Below are positions 28,242 to 38,456 of a stretch of DNA of 64,000 nucleotides, piece after piece. The DNA comes from Candidatus Scatomonas pullistercoris. Its GTDB lineage: Bacteria > Bacillota > Clostridia > Lachnospirales > Lachnospiraceae. A model generated the notes under the pieces. It did not search any database, was not told where the DNA came from, and saw only the letters and a program-made list of their open reading frames with translations. The stretch's first letter is position 1. Each line of letters opens with the position of its first letter. Position numbers and translations under genes: made by a program. The DNA lies in contig DVOO01000016.1 of NCBI GenBank assembly GCA_018713515.1, positions 62,659 through 126,658 on the forward strand. The letters run 5' to 3'.

Positions 28242-28957
28242 ACCGATACAGCACTTATCTGAAAACAAAAGCGCGCATTACCCTGCAGGGACGTTACGGA
28301 ATCTTCATCGGGGGGCTGCTGCTGATCGCCCTCGTCAGCATGCTGCTGAATATGCTGCCCGTATCCCTGCTAGGGCATGTGCCGGGTACTGCGGGCAATA
28401 TCCTGCGCTTTCTTCTGTCCTTTGCCGTCTCGCTCTTTACCAGCATGCTGCTGGTGGGGCTCTCCCGCATGGCCATGCAGGCCTGCCGGGGACAGGAAAT
28501 TGCCTTTTCCGACCTGTTTTACGCCTTCAGCCGTCAGTCGGACCGGCTTCTCCTGGTGAGGGTGATTCTGGCGCTCATGACCCTGGTGCTGGAGGTTCCG
28601 TACTTTTTCTTCGACTGGCTGGCGGACACAAAGGCGGTTTCCGAACCTCTCTACTACGGACTGACGCTGGGATGGCGCTTTCTTGCCCTCATTCTGTCTA
28701 TTCTCATCACCATGTGGTTTTCTCTGTCCATCTATCTTCTCATGGATGACGAAGATCTGTCCGCCGGAGAAGCTCTGAAAAAGAGTTCCCGGCTCATGCG
28801 GGGCCGGAAGGGCCGCTACGTATATCTGCGTTTCAGCTTTATCGGCATGTACCTGCTGGGAATTTTAAGCTGCTTCATCGGTTTTCTCTGGATTATTCCC
28901 TACCAGGAAACCACGCTGGTCTGCTTTTATCTGGACGCCGTGCAGAATTCCCGTTAA
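28238..28957 (+). CDS. DUF975-family membrane protein
   Basis: 239 aa. The N-terminus (..KARITLQGRYGIFIGGLLL..) and the multi-TM layout are typical of DUF975. It is translationally coupled to the previous gene. Confidence 0.65.
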   Translation: MNRYSTYLKTKARITLQGRYGIFIGGLLLIALVSMLLNMLPVSLLGHVPGTAGNILRFLLSFAVSLFTSMLLVGLSRMAMQACRGQEIAFSDLFYAFSRQSDRLLLVRVILALMTLVLEVPYFFFDWLADTKAVSEPLYYGLTLGWRFLALILSILITMWFSLSIYLLMDDEDLSAGEALKKSSRLMRGRKGRYVYLRFSFIGMYLLGILSCFIGFLWIIPYQETTLVCFYLDAVQNSR

Positions 28958-28963
28958 AAGCCC

Positions 28964-29004
28964 CGCAGAAGGCAGGCGCTTTCAAAAAGCGCCTGCCTTC
29001 TGCG
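28964..29004. terminator. bidirectional terminator between convergent genes
   Basis: A perfect 17-bp stem pairs CGCAGAAGGCAGGCGCT with AGCGCCTGCCTTCTGCG around a 7-nt loop. A second small hairpin with a T-run lies at 29011-29035. Confidence 0.75.
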
Positions 29005-29030
29005 AAATTTCCGGCAAAGCCGGTATTTTT

Positions 29031-29507
29031 TTATTTTACCATCTCGATGGCCTGTTTGCCCGTCATATGCTCCACCTGGATCTCCACCATGCAGAGGGGC
29101 TTCCACTCCCTCTCGATGGCCTTCCCCCAGTCTTCTCTCTGCTTGGGACAGTACTTTTCCGTCAGAAGCAGGATGGCCTTCCGCTTTTCATCCTCTTCCA
29201 GGATTCTCGCTTTGCCAAAGGCAATGACGCTGCGGAAGTAAGTCGTATATTTCTCCGGGTGTACCTCATCCTGATCGATGACACAGAAAGATACCTTGTC
29301 ACAGTTCCGGATTCCGTCCAGCTTATGACCGCTGCCGGCACAGTGAAAATAAATTTTTCCATCCTGATACACATAGCTTAAGGGAACCGCATAAGGATAT
29401 CCCCCATCGCCCAGAACAGCCAGCACCCCGGAAGTACCCCGCTCCAGCACAGCGGCAGCCTCCTTCTCCGAAAGCTGCTGCCTTTTTCTTCTCATTTCCC
29501 GGAACAT
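29031..29507 (-). CDS. pyridoxamine 5'-phosphate oxidase family protein (Nim-like)
   Basis: 158 aa with MRRKRQQLSEKEAAAVLERGTSGVLAV..GYPYAVPLSYVY, typical of the NimA/PNPOx-like family. A GGAGGA RBS precedes it. Confidence 0.8.
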   Translation of the reverse strand: MFREMRRKRQQLSEKEAAAVLERGTSGVLAVLGDGGYPYAVPLSYVYQDGKIYFHCAGSGHKLDGIRNCDKVSFCVIDQDEVHPEKYTTYFRSVIAFGKARILEEDEKRKAILLLTEKYCPKQREDWGKAIEREWKPLCMVEIQVEHMTGKQAIEMVK

Positions 29508-29510
29508 CCT

Positions 29511-30719
29511 TCAGTCCTCCGAAAACAGATATCCCATGAGATCGCAGCCCCGGCTGATCCGGTTGCCGCTCTCCGCGGCTTCCCGCTCATTGTAGTGCCA
29601 GGAATGGCTTTCCTGCTTTCTGCTGTCATAGAGCAAATAAGGTACCGGCTCCGCCACATGAGTGCGCAGGCGGATCGGCGTGGGATGATCCGGCAGCACC
29701 AGGAGTCGGTAGTCCTCCCCGGAAGCATCCATAGCTTCCCGGATATGCTTCAGAATCCGCTGATCCATGTTGGCGATGGCCTGCACCTTCCGCTCCACAC
29801 TGCCCTGATGTCCCATCTCATCGGGGGCCTCCAGATGGATGTAGGCGAAATCATATCCTTCTTTCAGAAGCGCGTCAACGGCCGCCCGGGCTTTGCCCTC
29901 ATAATTCGTGTCCAGGCCGCCGTTGGCGCCCTCCACCGTCTTATTCTCAATACCCGCTCCCACGGCGATCCCCTTCAGAAGATCTACGGCGGAAATCATC
30001 ACGCCCCTCTTATGATACTTCTCATAGAAGGAGGACAGGGCCGGCTTTGTCCCCGCGCCCCAGAACCAGAGACTGTTGGCGGGATTTAAACCTTTTTTTA
30101 CCCTCTCTATATTGATAGGATGACACGAGAGAATCTCATAGCTCTTCTCCTGCATCTCCCGCAGCTTTTGATTTCCCGGAAGATACGGCGCGATCACCTG
30201 TCCCAGCACATCGTGAGGCGGTGTCAGAGGCACCACCGAGCCATTGGCCCAGATCAGGCAGTGCCGGTAGCTGGTTCCCACATAAAACTGGTACGTCTCA
30301 TCCTGGAAAACTGCCGCGGCAGCCTTCAGAAGTACCGCCGCGTCCTCTGTGCTGATTTCCCCGGAACTGTGATCGAGAATCGTCCGCTTTTCATAGGGAA
30401 TTCCCTCCTCCCTGGAGAGAGTGACCAGATTGCAGCGGAGCGCCACATCCGTATCTTTCATGGGTACGCCGATACTTAAGGCTTCCAGCGGGGAGCGCCC
30501 TGTATAATACGCCTTCGGATCGTAGCCGATTACGGAAAGGTTGGCGGTGTCGCTTCCCGGCGACATGCCCTCGGGGATGGTTGCCACCATCCCGATCTCC
30601 GCCTTCTCCGCACAAGCATCCAGCACCGGCGTATCCGCGTATTCCAGGGGCGTTTTTCCCCCCAGCTCCTCTATAGGTTCATCGGCCATGCCGTCACCCA
30701 GCATTACAATATATTTCAT
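29511..30719 (-). CDS. apgM: cofactor-independent phosphoglycerate mutase, ApgM type
   Basis: It starts MKYIVMLGDGMADEP..TPLEYA, with SPGSDTANLS and EAPDEMGHQG motifs of the alkaline-phosphatase superfamily. I chose the ATG at 30719, which lies 9 nt from an AGGAGG. Confidence 0.8.
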   Translation of the reverse strand: MKYIVMLGDGMADEPIEELGGKTPLEYADTPVLDACAEKAEIGMVATIPEGMSPGSDTANLSVIGYDPKAYYTGRSPLEALSIGVPMKDTDVALRCNLVTLSREEGIPYEKRTILDHSSGEISTEDAAVLLKAAAAVFQDETYQFYVGTSYRHCLIWANGSVVPLTPPHDVLGQVIAPYLPGNQKLREMQEKSYEILSCHPINIERVKKGLNPANSLWFWGAGTKPALSSFYEKYHKRGVMISAVDLLKGIAVGAGIENKTVEGANGGLDTNYEGKARAAVDALLKEGYDFAYIHLEAPDEMGHQGSVERKVQAIANMDQRILKHIREAMDASGEDYRLLVLPDHPTPIRLRTHVAEPVPYLLYDSRKQESHSWHYNEREAAESGNRISRGCDLMGYLFSED

Positions 30720-30742
30720 AATCATTCTCCTCCTGGGCCCTC

Positions 30743-31960
30743 TTAAAATCTGGCCCGGATCATATGGACGATCCCTTCTGTCTTTTCTGCCCCATCCCTG
30801 TATGCCGCCTCCGGCATCTCACCGGTGATAAAGGCGAATTCTCCCTCGATGCCGGGAACGGTGATGGTCTCCACCTGGCCAAAAGCCGCTTCCACCGCAG
30901 GCAGACGGTCGGAGAGACTTCCCTGTATCCTCACAAAAAATCTGTGCTTCACATCTCCGGTATCCATCAGGTTCAGCTTTTCATTGCCCCAGCTCAGGGG
31001 GATATTCTTTCCAATATGCCTTGCACAGTCTACCACATCACCGGCCACCGCGCTGGCTGTGGGAAGCTTGCCGGCTCCCTGGCCGTAGAACATGGCGTCG
31101 CCCAGCATATTTCCGTGGACAAAAACAGCGTTAAAGACTCCCGTCACGCTGTACAGGGGATTTTCCGCGCCGATCATCACAGGGCTTACCATGGCGTACA
31201 CGCCGTTCTCCACCCGGCGGCTGGTGGCCAGCAGCTTGATGCTGGTACCGATGGCCCGGGCATATTTAATATCCTCTGCTGTGATCTTTGTGATTCCCTC
31301 CGTATAGATGTCCTGATAATCCACCTGGCTTCCGAAGGCCAGAGAGGAAAGAATGGCAATCTTGCGGCAGGCGTCATAGCCCTCCACATCCGCCTCGGGA
31401 TTTCTCTCCGCATATCCTTTTGCCTGCGCTTCCCGGAGTGCCGTCTCAAAGTCCGTGCCGTCGCTTTCCATCTTGGTCAGGATATAATTTGTCGTCCCGT
31501 TTAAGATGCCGCTGATCTCATCGATCACATCCGCCGTCAGACAGGTATTCAGAGGACGGATGATGGGAATGCCGCCCCCGCAGCTGGCCTCATACAGATA
31601 ATTCACATTCTTTTCCCGGGCGATCTCCATCAGCTCCATCCCGTGCCTGGCCACCAGCTCCTTGTTGGAGGTACACACGCTTTTCCCGGCCAGCAGGGCC
31701 TGCTTCGAAAAATCATACGCCGGCTTCAGGCCGCCCATGGTCTCCACCACTACCTGGATCTCCGGATCCTCCAGGATCACCTGGTAATCGTGCACCAGTT
31801 TCTTCTCCACCGGATCCCCCGGAAAATCCCGGAGATCCAGCACATATTTAACCTCAATCTCCTGCCCGGCCTTCCGGCTGATGCTCTCACGGTTTTTCTC
31901 AAACACCTCCACAACGCCGGATCCTACTGTTCCATATCCTAATACTGCAATTTTAACCAT
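30743..31960 (-). CDS. hom: homoserine dehydrogenase
   Basis: The N-terminus VLGYGTVGSG is the NAD(P)-binding motif. A central catalytic domain and a C-terminal ACT-like region follow. Confidence 0.92.
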   Translation of the reverse strand: MVKIAVLGYGTVGSGVVEVFEKNRESISRKAGQEIEVKYVLDLRDFPGDPVEKKLVHDYQVILEDPEIQVVVETMGGLKPAYDFSKQALLAGKSVCTSNKELVARHGMELMEIAREKNVNYLYEASCGGGIPIIRPLNTCLTADVIDEISGILNGTTNYILTKMESDGTDFETALREAQAKGYAERNPEADVEGYDACRKIAILSSLAFGSQVDYQDIYTEGITKITAEDIKYARAIGTSIKLLATSRRVENGVYAMVSPVMIGAENPLYSVTGVFNAVFVHGNMLGDAMFYGQGAGKLPTASAVAGDVVDCARHIGKNIPLSWGNEKLNLMDTGDVKHRFFVRIQGSLSDRLPAVEAAFGQVETITVPGIEGEFAFITGEMPEAAYRDGAEKTEGIVHMIRARF

Positions 31961-31966
31961 TTCTCT

Positions 31967-32404
31967 TCACTCCCTGCCTAGTATTTTTAACTCATGCACG
32001 CCGGACCGTTCCTCAATATGGTCCACCATGGCCGCGGCATCGCCCAGCTCCGGCGCGATATCCACGCTGATGGTCAGTGTGGCCACCCCGTTGATGGGGA
32101 TAGACTGGTGGATCGTCAGAATGTTGCCGTGATATTCCGCGATGATCTTCAGCACATCCGAAAGGATTCCCGGCTCATCGTCCATCTGAAGGATAAACGT
32201 GATCGTTTTCCCCTTTGCGTTGTCGTGAAACGGAAAGATATCATCCTGGTACTTATAAAATGAGCTGCGGCTGATGCCCACCTTTTCCGCTGCCTGCTGG
32301 ACGGTGAGCTTGCGGTTGCTCTCCATCTGCTTTTTGACCTCCAGCACTTTCAGAAGCACCTCCGGAACTGCCTTTTCCTTTACGACATAATACTTTTCGC
32401 TCAT
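31967..32404 (-). CDS. ACT domain-containing protein (UPF0735 / PheB-like)
   Basis: 145 aa with an N-terminal HTH-like segment (LTVQQAAEKVGISRSSFYKY) and an ACT domain (ITFILQMDDEPGILSDVLKIIA). It ends 6 nt upstream of hom. Confidence 0.8.
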   Translation of the reverse strand: MSEKYYVVKEKAVPEVLLKVLEVKKQMESNRKLTVQQAAEKVGISRSSFYKYQDDIFPFHDNAKGKTITFILQMDDEPGILSDVLKIIAEYHGNILTIHQSIPINGVATLTISVDIAPELGDAAAMVDHIEERSGVHELKILGRE

Positions 32405-32510
32405 TGCGCTGTCATCCCCCTGATCGTAAAAGTATGAGATGTACGTCAACGAAAAACATTTGTACTCACAGAAAAGATAGTACCATAATCCGATATTTTG
32501 CGCAAGCCCC

Positions 32511-32559
32511 AAAAACGGGACCGGGAAACGGCGTTTTCATGCCGCTGTCCCGGTCCCGT
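32511..32559 (-). terminator. intrinsic terminator after prfB
   Basis: On the minus strand, a 12-bp stem ACGGGACCGGGA/TCCCGGTCCCGT is followed by TTTTT. A TTGCGC-17-TACTAT promoter for the ACT-hom-apgM operon follows. Confidence 0.7.
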
Positions 32560-32583
32560 TCTCCTGCCGCTTCCGCGCTTCCT

Positions 32584-33694
32584 TTACTTTTTCAGGGCGG
32601 TCCACTTCAGATAGGCGTTGATGAAACGGTCGATATCTCCGTCCATCACCGCGTCCACCTGGGAACACTCCTCGTTTGTCCGATGATCCTTGACCATGGT
32701 ATAGGGCTGCATGACATAGGAGCGGATCTGGTTTCCCCAGGCAATATCCGTCACCTCGCCGCGGATGCCCGACAGCTTGGCTGCCTGCTCCTCCTGAGCC
32801 AGCATATACAGCTTGGCCTTCAGCATCTGCATGGCTTTTTCCTTGTTCATGTGCTGAGAACGCTCGTTCTGGCAGGTCACCACAATTCCCGTGGGGAAAT
32901 GGGTGATCCGGATGGCCGAGGATGTCTTATTGATGTGCTGGCCGCCGGCGCCGCTGGAGCGGTACGTATCGATCCGGATATCTTCATCCCGCACTTCAAT
33001 ATCAATGTCATCCTCGATATCCGGCATAACATCACAGGACACGAATGAGGTCTGCCTCTTTCCGTTGGCGTTGAAGGGTGAAATCCGCACCAGCCGGTGG
33101 ACACCCTTTTCAGATTTCAGGTATCCGTAGGCATTTTCCCCGTTTACCTGGAAAGTCACGGATTTTACTCCGGCCTCCTCTCCCTCCAGGAAATCCAGCT
33201 CTACCACCTCAAAGCCCCTGCGCTCCGCCCATCTCCGGTACATCCGGTAGAGCATCCCGCACCAGTCCATGGCCTCTGTGCCGCCGGCGCCCGCGTTCAG
33301 CTTCAGAATTGCGTTGCACTTATCGTACTCGCCGGACAGAAGGGTTTTCACCCGGATGGCGTCGAAGTCCTTCTTGAATTCTTCCAGCATCTCCTGGATC
33401 TCCGGGATCACGGAGGCGTCATTTTCCTCATATCCCATCTCAATCAGGGTCTCCATGTCCTCCTTGGCCGTCACAAGCTTTCTGTAGGTATCCCGGTCCT
33501 CCTTCAGATCTCCCAGCTCCTTCATCTGCTCCTGCGCTTTCTCAGGCACATCCCAGAAGTCCGGCTCCTCCATTTTTCTCTCTAATTCTTCGATCCTCTG
33601 CTCTTTGTTAGCGAGGTCAAAGTGAATCCCTCACTTCCACTAATGGTCCCTCGTAAGCATTGAGCTCAGTCTTAAACTGATCAAGTTCTACCAC
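32584..33694 (-). CDS. prfB: peptide chain release factor 2, requiring a programmed +1 frameshift
   Basis: Frame 1 runs from GTG 33694 as VELDQFKTELNAYEGPLVEVRDSL and stops at TGA (33619-33617). After a +1 shift the frame reads DLANKEQRIEELERKMEEPDFW.. into the 329-aa ORF, which carries the SPF and GGQ motifs. Confidence 0.9.
33616..33631 (-). other. prfB +1 frameshift site
   Basis: The minus strand reads AGG GAT TCA CTT TGA C. This gives an SD-like AGGGAT, a 3-nt spacer and the canonical CTT TGA C slippery/stop context. Confidence 0.85.
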
Positions 33695-33740
33695 AAGTTT
33701 CACCCACTTTCTTATTTTTATTTTTTGCGGAATGTCAGGA

Positions 33741-36314
33741 TCAGCTGACTTTTTTCCTTCCGCAGCACTGCTTATACTTCTTGCCGCTTCCGCAGGGGCA
33801 GGGATCATTCGGATAAATCTTCTTCTCTGTCCTCTGGGCCGGCTTCTTCGGACCGCTGTCGTCCTTGTTGGTTCCTGTCACCTTGGCTACCTGCTCTCTC
33901 TCCACCTTCTGCTCAATACGCACATGGTACAGGAGACGCACGGTATCCTGCTGGATGGACGCCACCATCTCATTAAACATATCGTAGGCAGCCATCTTAT
34001 ACTCCACCTTTGGATCCCGCTGGCCGTACGCCTGCAGGCCGATGCCCTGGCGGAGCTGATCCATATCATCGATGTGATCCATCCATTTCTGGTCAATCAC
34101 CTTCAGAAGGATCACCCGCTCCAGCTCACGGATCTGCTCTTCCTGGGGGAATTCCGTCTCCTTTTCCTCGTAGAGCTTCACCGCGTCTTCCTTCAGCTTC
34201 TGCTTCAGTTCATTCTTCTTAAGCCCCTTTACACCTTCTGCAGTCAGCGGCTTTAAGGGTATCACCGGGATCAGCAGGCGGTTCACCTCATCCAGATCCC
34301 AGTCCGCGCTGTCCCCGTCCTCGGAGATGCACATATCCACCGTGCCGTCCACCGTATCGTAGATCATCTTGAAGATGGAATCCCGCATGTTTTCTCCGTC
34401 CAGCACACGGCGTCTTTCCTTGTAGATGATCTCACGCTGTTCATTGTTCACCTGGTCGTAATCCAGCAGGTTCTTACGGATTCCGTAGTTGTTGCCCTCG
34501 ATCTTCTTCTGGGCCTTCTCAATGGCAGAGGTCAGCATCTTATGCTCAATCTGCTCGTTTTCCGCCACGCCCATGGCCCGGAACATGCCCATCAGCTTCT
34601 CGGATCCGAACAGGCGCATCAGGTCATCCTCAAGGGAAATATAGAATCTGGACTCTCCGGGATCTCCCTGCCGTCCGGACCGGCCCCGCAGCTGATTATC
34701 AATACGCCGGGACTCATGGCGCTCCGTACCGATGATCTTTAACCCTCCGGCGGCTCTGGCTTCATCATCCAGCTTGATATCCGTACCACGGCCGGCCATG
34801 TTGGTGGCGATAGTCACGGCTCCCGCCTCACCGGCATGGGACACGATCTCCGCCTCCAGCTCGTGGAACTTGGCGTTCAGCACCTGGTGGGAGATGCCCT
34901 CCCTCTTCAGCATCTTGCTTAAAAGCTCGGAAGTCTCAATGGTGATCGTGCCCACCAGCACCGGCTGCCTTTTCTCATGAGCCGCTTTAATTTCCTCCAC
35001 AACCGCCCGGAACTTTTCTTTCTTTGTCATATACACCGCGTCGTCATAGTCCACACGGGCAATGGGCTTATTGGTTGGGATCTCAATAACATCCATGCCG
35101 TAAATATCCCGGAACTCCTGCTCCTCGGTCAGAGCCGTACCGGTCATGCCTGCTTTTTTCTCGTATTTGTTGAAGAAATTCTGGAAGGTAATCGTGGCCA
35201 GCGTCTTGCTCTCCCGACGCACTTTTACATGCTCCTTGGCCTCGATGGCCTGATGCAGTCCATCGGAATAACGCCGGCCCGGCATGATACGTCCCGTAAA
35301 CTCATCTACGATGAGAACTTCGTCATCCTTGACCACATAATCCTGATCCCGGAACATCAGATTATGGGCCCGGAGGGCCAGGATAATATTGTGCTGGATC
35401 TCCAGATTCTCCGGATCCGACAGGTTCTCTATATGGAAGAATTTCTCTACCTTCTTGACGCCCTCTTCCGTCAGCGTTACGACCTTATCCTTTTCATTTA
35501 CGATGAAGTCTCCCGTCTCCGTGATCTCCTCGCCCAGGATGGCCGTCATCTTCGTGACCTCTCCGGAGGCCTCGCCCCGCTTCAGCTGCTGAGCCAGGAT
35601 GTCGCAGGTCTCATAGAGCTTGGTGGATTTCCCGCTCTGTCCAGATATGATCAGCGGCGTCCGGGCCTCATCAATCAGAACCGAGTCCACCTCATCGATG
35701 ATGGCGTAAGCCAGCTCCCGCTGCACCAGCTGTTCCTTATAGATGACCATGTTGTCACGCAGATAATCAAATCCGTCCTCGTTGTTGGTCACATAGGTGA
35801 TATCGCAGGCATAGGCTGCCCGGCGCTCATCGTTCTTCATGGAATTCAGAACAACGCCCACCGTCAGGCCCAGGAACTCGTGCACCTGCCCCATCCATTC
35901 CGCGTCACGCTTGGCCAGATAATCATTGACCGTGACAATGTGGACACCCCGTCCCGTCAGGGCATTTAAGTAGGCAGGCAGGGTGGATACCAGAGTCTTT
36001 CCTTCACCGGTCTTCATCTCGGCGATACGCCCCTGATGCAGAATAATACCGCCGATGAGCTGTACCCGGTAGTGCTCCATGTTCAGGACCCGCCTGGCCG
36101 CCTCCCGGACCGTGGCAAAAGCTTCCGGCAGGATATCGTCCAGGGTTTCGCCCTTGCCGAGACGCTCCTTAAATTCCCGGGTCCTGCCCTTCAGCTCTTC
36201 GTCCGTCAGCTTCATCATGGCGGGCCGCATACCTTCGATTTTATCCACAATAGGCGTAATTCTCTTTAATTCCCGGGCACTGTGGGTGCCGAAAATTCGC
36301 TCGGATAATTTCAT
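33741..36314 (-). CDS. secA: preprotein translocase ATPase SecA
   Basis: 857 aa with the DEAD-like motor ([28 protein letters not shown]) and a C-terminal zinc motif [14 protein letters not shown]. Confidence 0.97.
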   Translation of the reverse strand: MKLSERIFGTHSARELKRITPIVDKIEGMRPAMMKLTDEELKGRTREFKERLGKGETLDDILPEAFATVREAARRVLNMEHYRVQLIGGIILHQGRIAEMKTGEGKTLVSTLPAYLNALTGRGVHIVTVNDYLAKRDAEWMGQVHEFLGLTVGVVLNSMKNDERRAAYACDITYVTNNEDGFDYLRDNMVIYKEQLVQRELAYAIIDEVDSVLIDEARTPLIISGQSGKSTKLYETCDILAQQLKRGEASGEVTKMTAILGEEITETGDFIVNEKDKVVTLTEEGVKKVEKFFHIENLSDPENLEIQHNIILALRAHNLMFRDQDYVVKDDEVLIVDEFTGRIMPGRRYSDGLHQAIEAKEHVKVRRESKTLATITFQNFFNKYEKKAGMTGTALTEEQEFRDIYGMDVIEIPTNKPIARVDYDDAVYMTKKEKFRAVVEEIKAAHEKRQPVLVGTITIETSELLSKMLKREGISHQVLNAKFHELEAEIVSHAGEAGAVTIATNMAGRGTDIKLDDEARAAGGLKIIGTERHESRRIDNQLRGRSGRQGDPGESRFYISLEDDLMRLFGSEKLMGMFRAMGVAENEQIEHKMLTSAIEKAQKKIEGNNYGIRKNLLDYDQVNNEQREIIYKERRRVLDGENMRDSIFKMIYDTVDGTVDMCISEDGDSADWDLDEVNRLLIPVIPLKPLTAEGVKGLKKNELKQKLKEDAVKLYEEKETEFPQEEQIRELERVILLKVIDQKWMDHIDDMDQLRQGIGLQAYGQRDPKVEYKMAAYDMFNEMVASIQQDTVRLLYHVRIEQKVEREQVAKVTGTNKDDSGPKKPAQRTEKKIYPNDPCPCGSGKKYKQCCGRKKVS

Positions 36315-36391
36315 TCTAAATCGCTCCTGTTACTGTTCATTCTGGGACTTTGCCGCCCGGTAAGCGGTCTGTCCGTTTACATACCGTTCCT

Positions 36392-36420
36392 ATTCTAGCA
36401 CTTTCTTTCCTATTTAACAA
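36392..36420 (-). promoter_or_regulatory. candidate secA promoter
   Basis: The minus strand reads TTGTTA, a 17-nt spacer, then TAGAAT, about 80 nt upstream of the secA ATG. Confidence 0.4.
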
Positions 36421-36444
36421 TGAATTTTTCGTTAACATTTAAGA

Positions 36445-36485
36445 GCCCCGGGGAAGCGGCTTCTACGGCCGTGCTTCCCCGGGGC
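36445..36485 (-). terminator. hairpin downstream of the VOC gene
   Basis: A 13-bp perfect stem pairs GCCCCGGGGAAGC with GCTTCCCCGGGGC around a 15-nt loop. The T-tract on the minus strand is weak. Confidence 0.45.
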
Positions 36486-36507
36486 ATATCTTTTCCTGCT
36501 TTTTCAG

Positions 36508-36891
36508 TTACAGATACTGTGCAAACTCGATGCGTTCCTTGTTCGGTCCCTGGATAATAAAGAAGCGGACGCCCTTTTCCCAGAAGGGAAGTTCGGTGAT
36601 CTCCTGCAGGATCCGGACCCCCAGAGATTTTACGAAGCTGTAGGCTTCTTCTATGTCCTTCACATCCAGAGCAATGTGGTTAACGGCCCCGTCACAGCCG
36701 GCCGCTTTTTCCGTCTCATAGACTTCCAGAGTGAGATTCTTCAGCCTGAGAAAGCAGACCCTATCTCCCTCATTCTCCGTCTCCAGCGCGGTTTCAAATC
36801 CCAGACGGCGGTAAAATGTTGCCGAAGCATCGGTATCCTCCGTGGGAATTCCTATATGCTGCAGGCCGGTTACATTTTCTGTCCATTCCAT
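36508..36891 (-). CDS. VOC family (glyoxalase/bleomycin-resistance fold) protein
   Basis: It contains the segments GLQHIGIPTED.., NHIALDV and FFIIQGPNKERIEF. I chose the ATG at 36891, which lies 8 nt from a GGAGGA; the track ORF starts at 36909. Confidence 0.8.
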   Translation of the reverse strand: MEWTENVTGLQHIGIPTEDTDASATFYRRLGFETALETENEGDRVCFLRLKNLTLEVYETEKAAGCDGAVNHIALDVKDIEEAYSFVKSLGVRILQEITELPFWEKGVRFFIIQGPNKERIEFAQYL

Positions 36892-37174
36892 GGCTTTATC
36901 CTCCATCATTATTCCATTTCACAGGGAGCTGTAATCAGGTTCACCCGCTTCTGCAGCTCTCTTCCCTGATCTGTCTCCCACTGGCTGTCCATGATCAGTC
37001 CCGTTATCTCATGCCAAGAACTTTATCCTGTTTATTCTTATTCTAACGCATCCCCGGACAACTTTCCACTTTTTATTTATATTTGTGAACCGTCTTCTGA
37101 ATGGCCACAAATTTTCCGGCCTGGAGGAGGAATGACCGCTGTTGCTGGCAGCGCAGATATATCTTCTATTAAAT

Positions 37175-37828
37175 TCACTCCCAGGCCTTCTGTGAGCAGG
37201 ACCATTGGCGGCCAAATTCTTCGCCTTTCAAGATTGCGTCATATATCGGATGAAGGAATTGATCCAGCCGATGCAGCACCTCCGGAAACTCCAACCCGGC
37301 TTCTTTTGCTGGTTCGAATCGCATCCACTGCGTTTTCATAAAGGGATCGTCTGCAAACTCTCCGATGCGCATAAAAGCATCCGGCACAATTATGTCATCG
37401 ATTCCCACATCTACGGAAAACGGAACTCTGATATTATTGATGTGCCCTATAAATTTTGTCTTCACGCCAGGATATTTCTTTTCCAGTGTAATTTGTTCTG
37501 TGCTGATCACTTCCAGAAGGATGTAGTCGTTTTCTGTCTGCACTGCGCAGATTTCACTCATCACAGCTTTAATATGATCCAGATCATTGGACAGGCTCCT
37601 CATCAGAAAATCCATATCCCTTGTCGGTCTGCTGTCAAAAGCAGTCAGGGCATATATGAACATTCCTCCCTTAAGCACCAGATTTTCCCTGTATTTTGAA
37701 TGCGACAGTCTCCGCAGGAACTCCTCCTGGAAGAACAGCTGGAGGCACATCTGGTAATTGATGCCTTCTGTCTTTGCCTGATTTTTAAGTCTTGCCAGCG
37801 CTGAAGAAGCCTGATTCTTTACAGCCAT
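37175..37828 (-). CDS. abiEii: nucleotidyltransferase AbiEii/AbiGii toxin family protein (short, possibly internally deleted)
   Basis: The N-terminus (..ARLKNQAKTEGINYQMCLQLFFQEEFLRRLSHSKYRENLVLKGGMFIY..RPTRDMDFL) carries the NTase G-G..D-x-D motif. The protein is only 217 aa. Its start overlaps the abiEi stop by 10 bp. Confidence 0.75.
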   Translation of the reverse strand: MAVKNQASSALARLKNQAKTEGINYQMCLQLFFQEEFLRRLSHSKYRENLVLKGGMFIYALTAFDSRPTRDMDFLMRSLSNDLDHIKAVMSEICAVQTENDYILLEVISTEQITLEKKYPGVKTKFIGHINNIRVPFSVDVGIDDIIVPDAFMRIGEFADDPFMKTQWMRFEPAKEAGLEFPEVLHRLDQFLHPIYDAILKGEEFGRQWSCSQKAWE

Positions 37829-38412
37829 ACTCCAAGCACCTCCCGTACTTTTCTCTGCACCCTGAGTATGGCGGCATATTTCCCAAGGCGGGCTTCATTT
37901 CGCTGTGGATCCTTCAGGTAGCCGCGAATGGCACTGTTAAATATCTCGGCATCCATTTTGTTCCTGTGTGTCAGACAGTCGCAGATCGTCCGCTCCCTGT
38001 TATAGATCCGTACCTTCCTCCCCTCAATTTCTGCTTCCGTGATTCCGACAGGAAATTTACTTTCACTGATAAAATGCGGCTTAACGACCGGCCATGAAAT
38101 ATGAAATCGCCGTCTGGAAGAGCTGTCCGGAACTGCGAGATTCCATGCAGATGGAGTCCTTTCTGTGTACCCATAATAATCCAGTGCGCTTTCCATACAC
38201 AGGACAGCATCAGGAAACAGTCTGACGATGATGACCACTTCGGAATAGGAGTTATCGTCTATGCACTGGTAATACCCCCGACGTACCTGTTCGATCTCTC
38301 CATCATTTATTAGCTCTTGTAGTTTTCGATGATAATACCCATTTTGAAGAAGCTCGCCCGTTTTAAGAATGCCGCCATGGGAGTCAAAGAGATCCCGAAG
38401 ATTCTTCTCCAT
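37819..38412 (-). CDS. abiEi: type IV toxin-antitoxin AbiEi family antitoxin
   Basis: The N-terminal wHTH segment is GGILKTGELLQNGYYHRKLQELINDGEIEQVRRGYY. The ATG at 38412 lies 9-10 nt from an AGGAGG. The track start at 38415 is a TTG. Confidence 0.82.
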   Translation of the reverse strand: MEKNLRDLFDSHGGILKTGELLQNGYYHRKLQELINDGEIEQVRRGYYQCIDDNSYSEVVIIVRLFPDAVLCMESALDYYGYTERTPSAWNLAVPDSSSRRRFHISWPVVKPHFISESKFPVGITEAEIEGRKVRIYNRERTICDCLTHRNKMDAEIFNSAIRGYLKDPQRNEARLGKYAAILRVQRKVREVLGVWL

Positions 38413-38456
38413 CAATTCCCACCTCCTCGAAATTTACGTTTTTTCACAAAACAAAA

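Noticed and set aside
36910-36995. 27-codon minus-strand ORF (MDSQWETDQGRELQKRVNLITAPCEME) ending at the VOC gene start
   Set aside because: It has no RBS and no recognisable similarity. It lies in the probable promoter/leader of the VOC gene.
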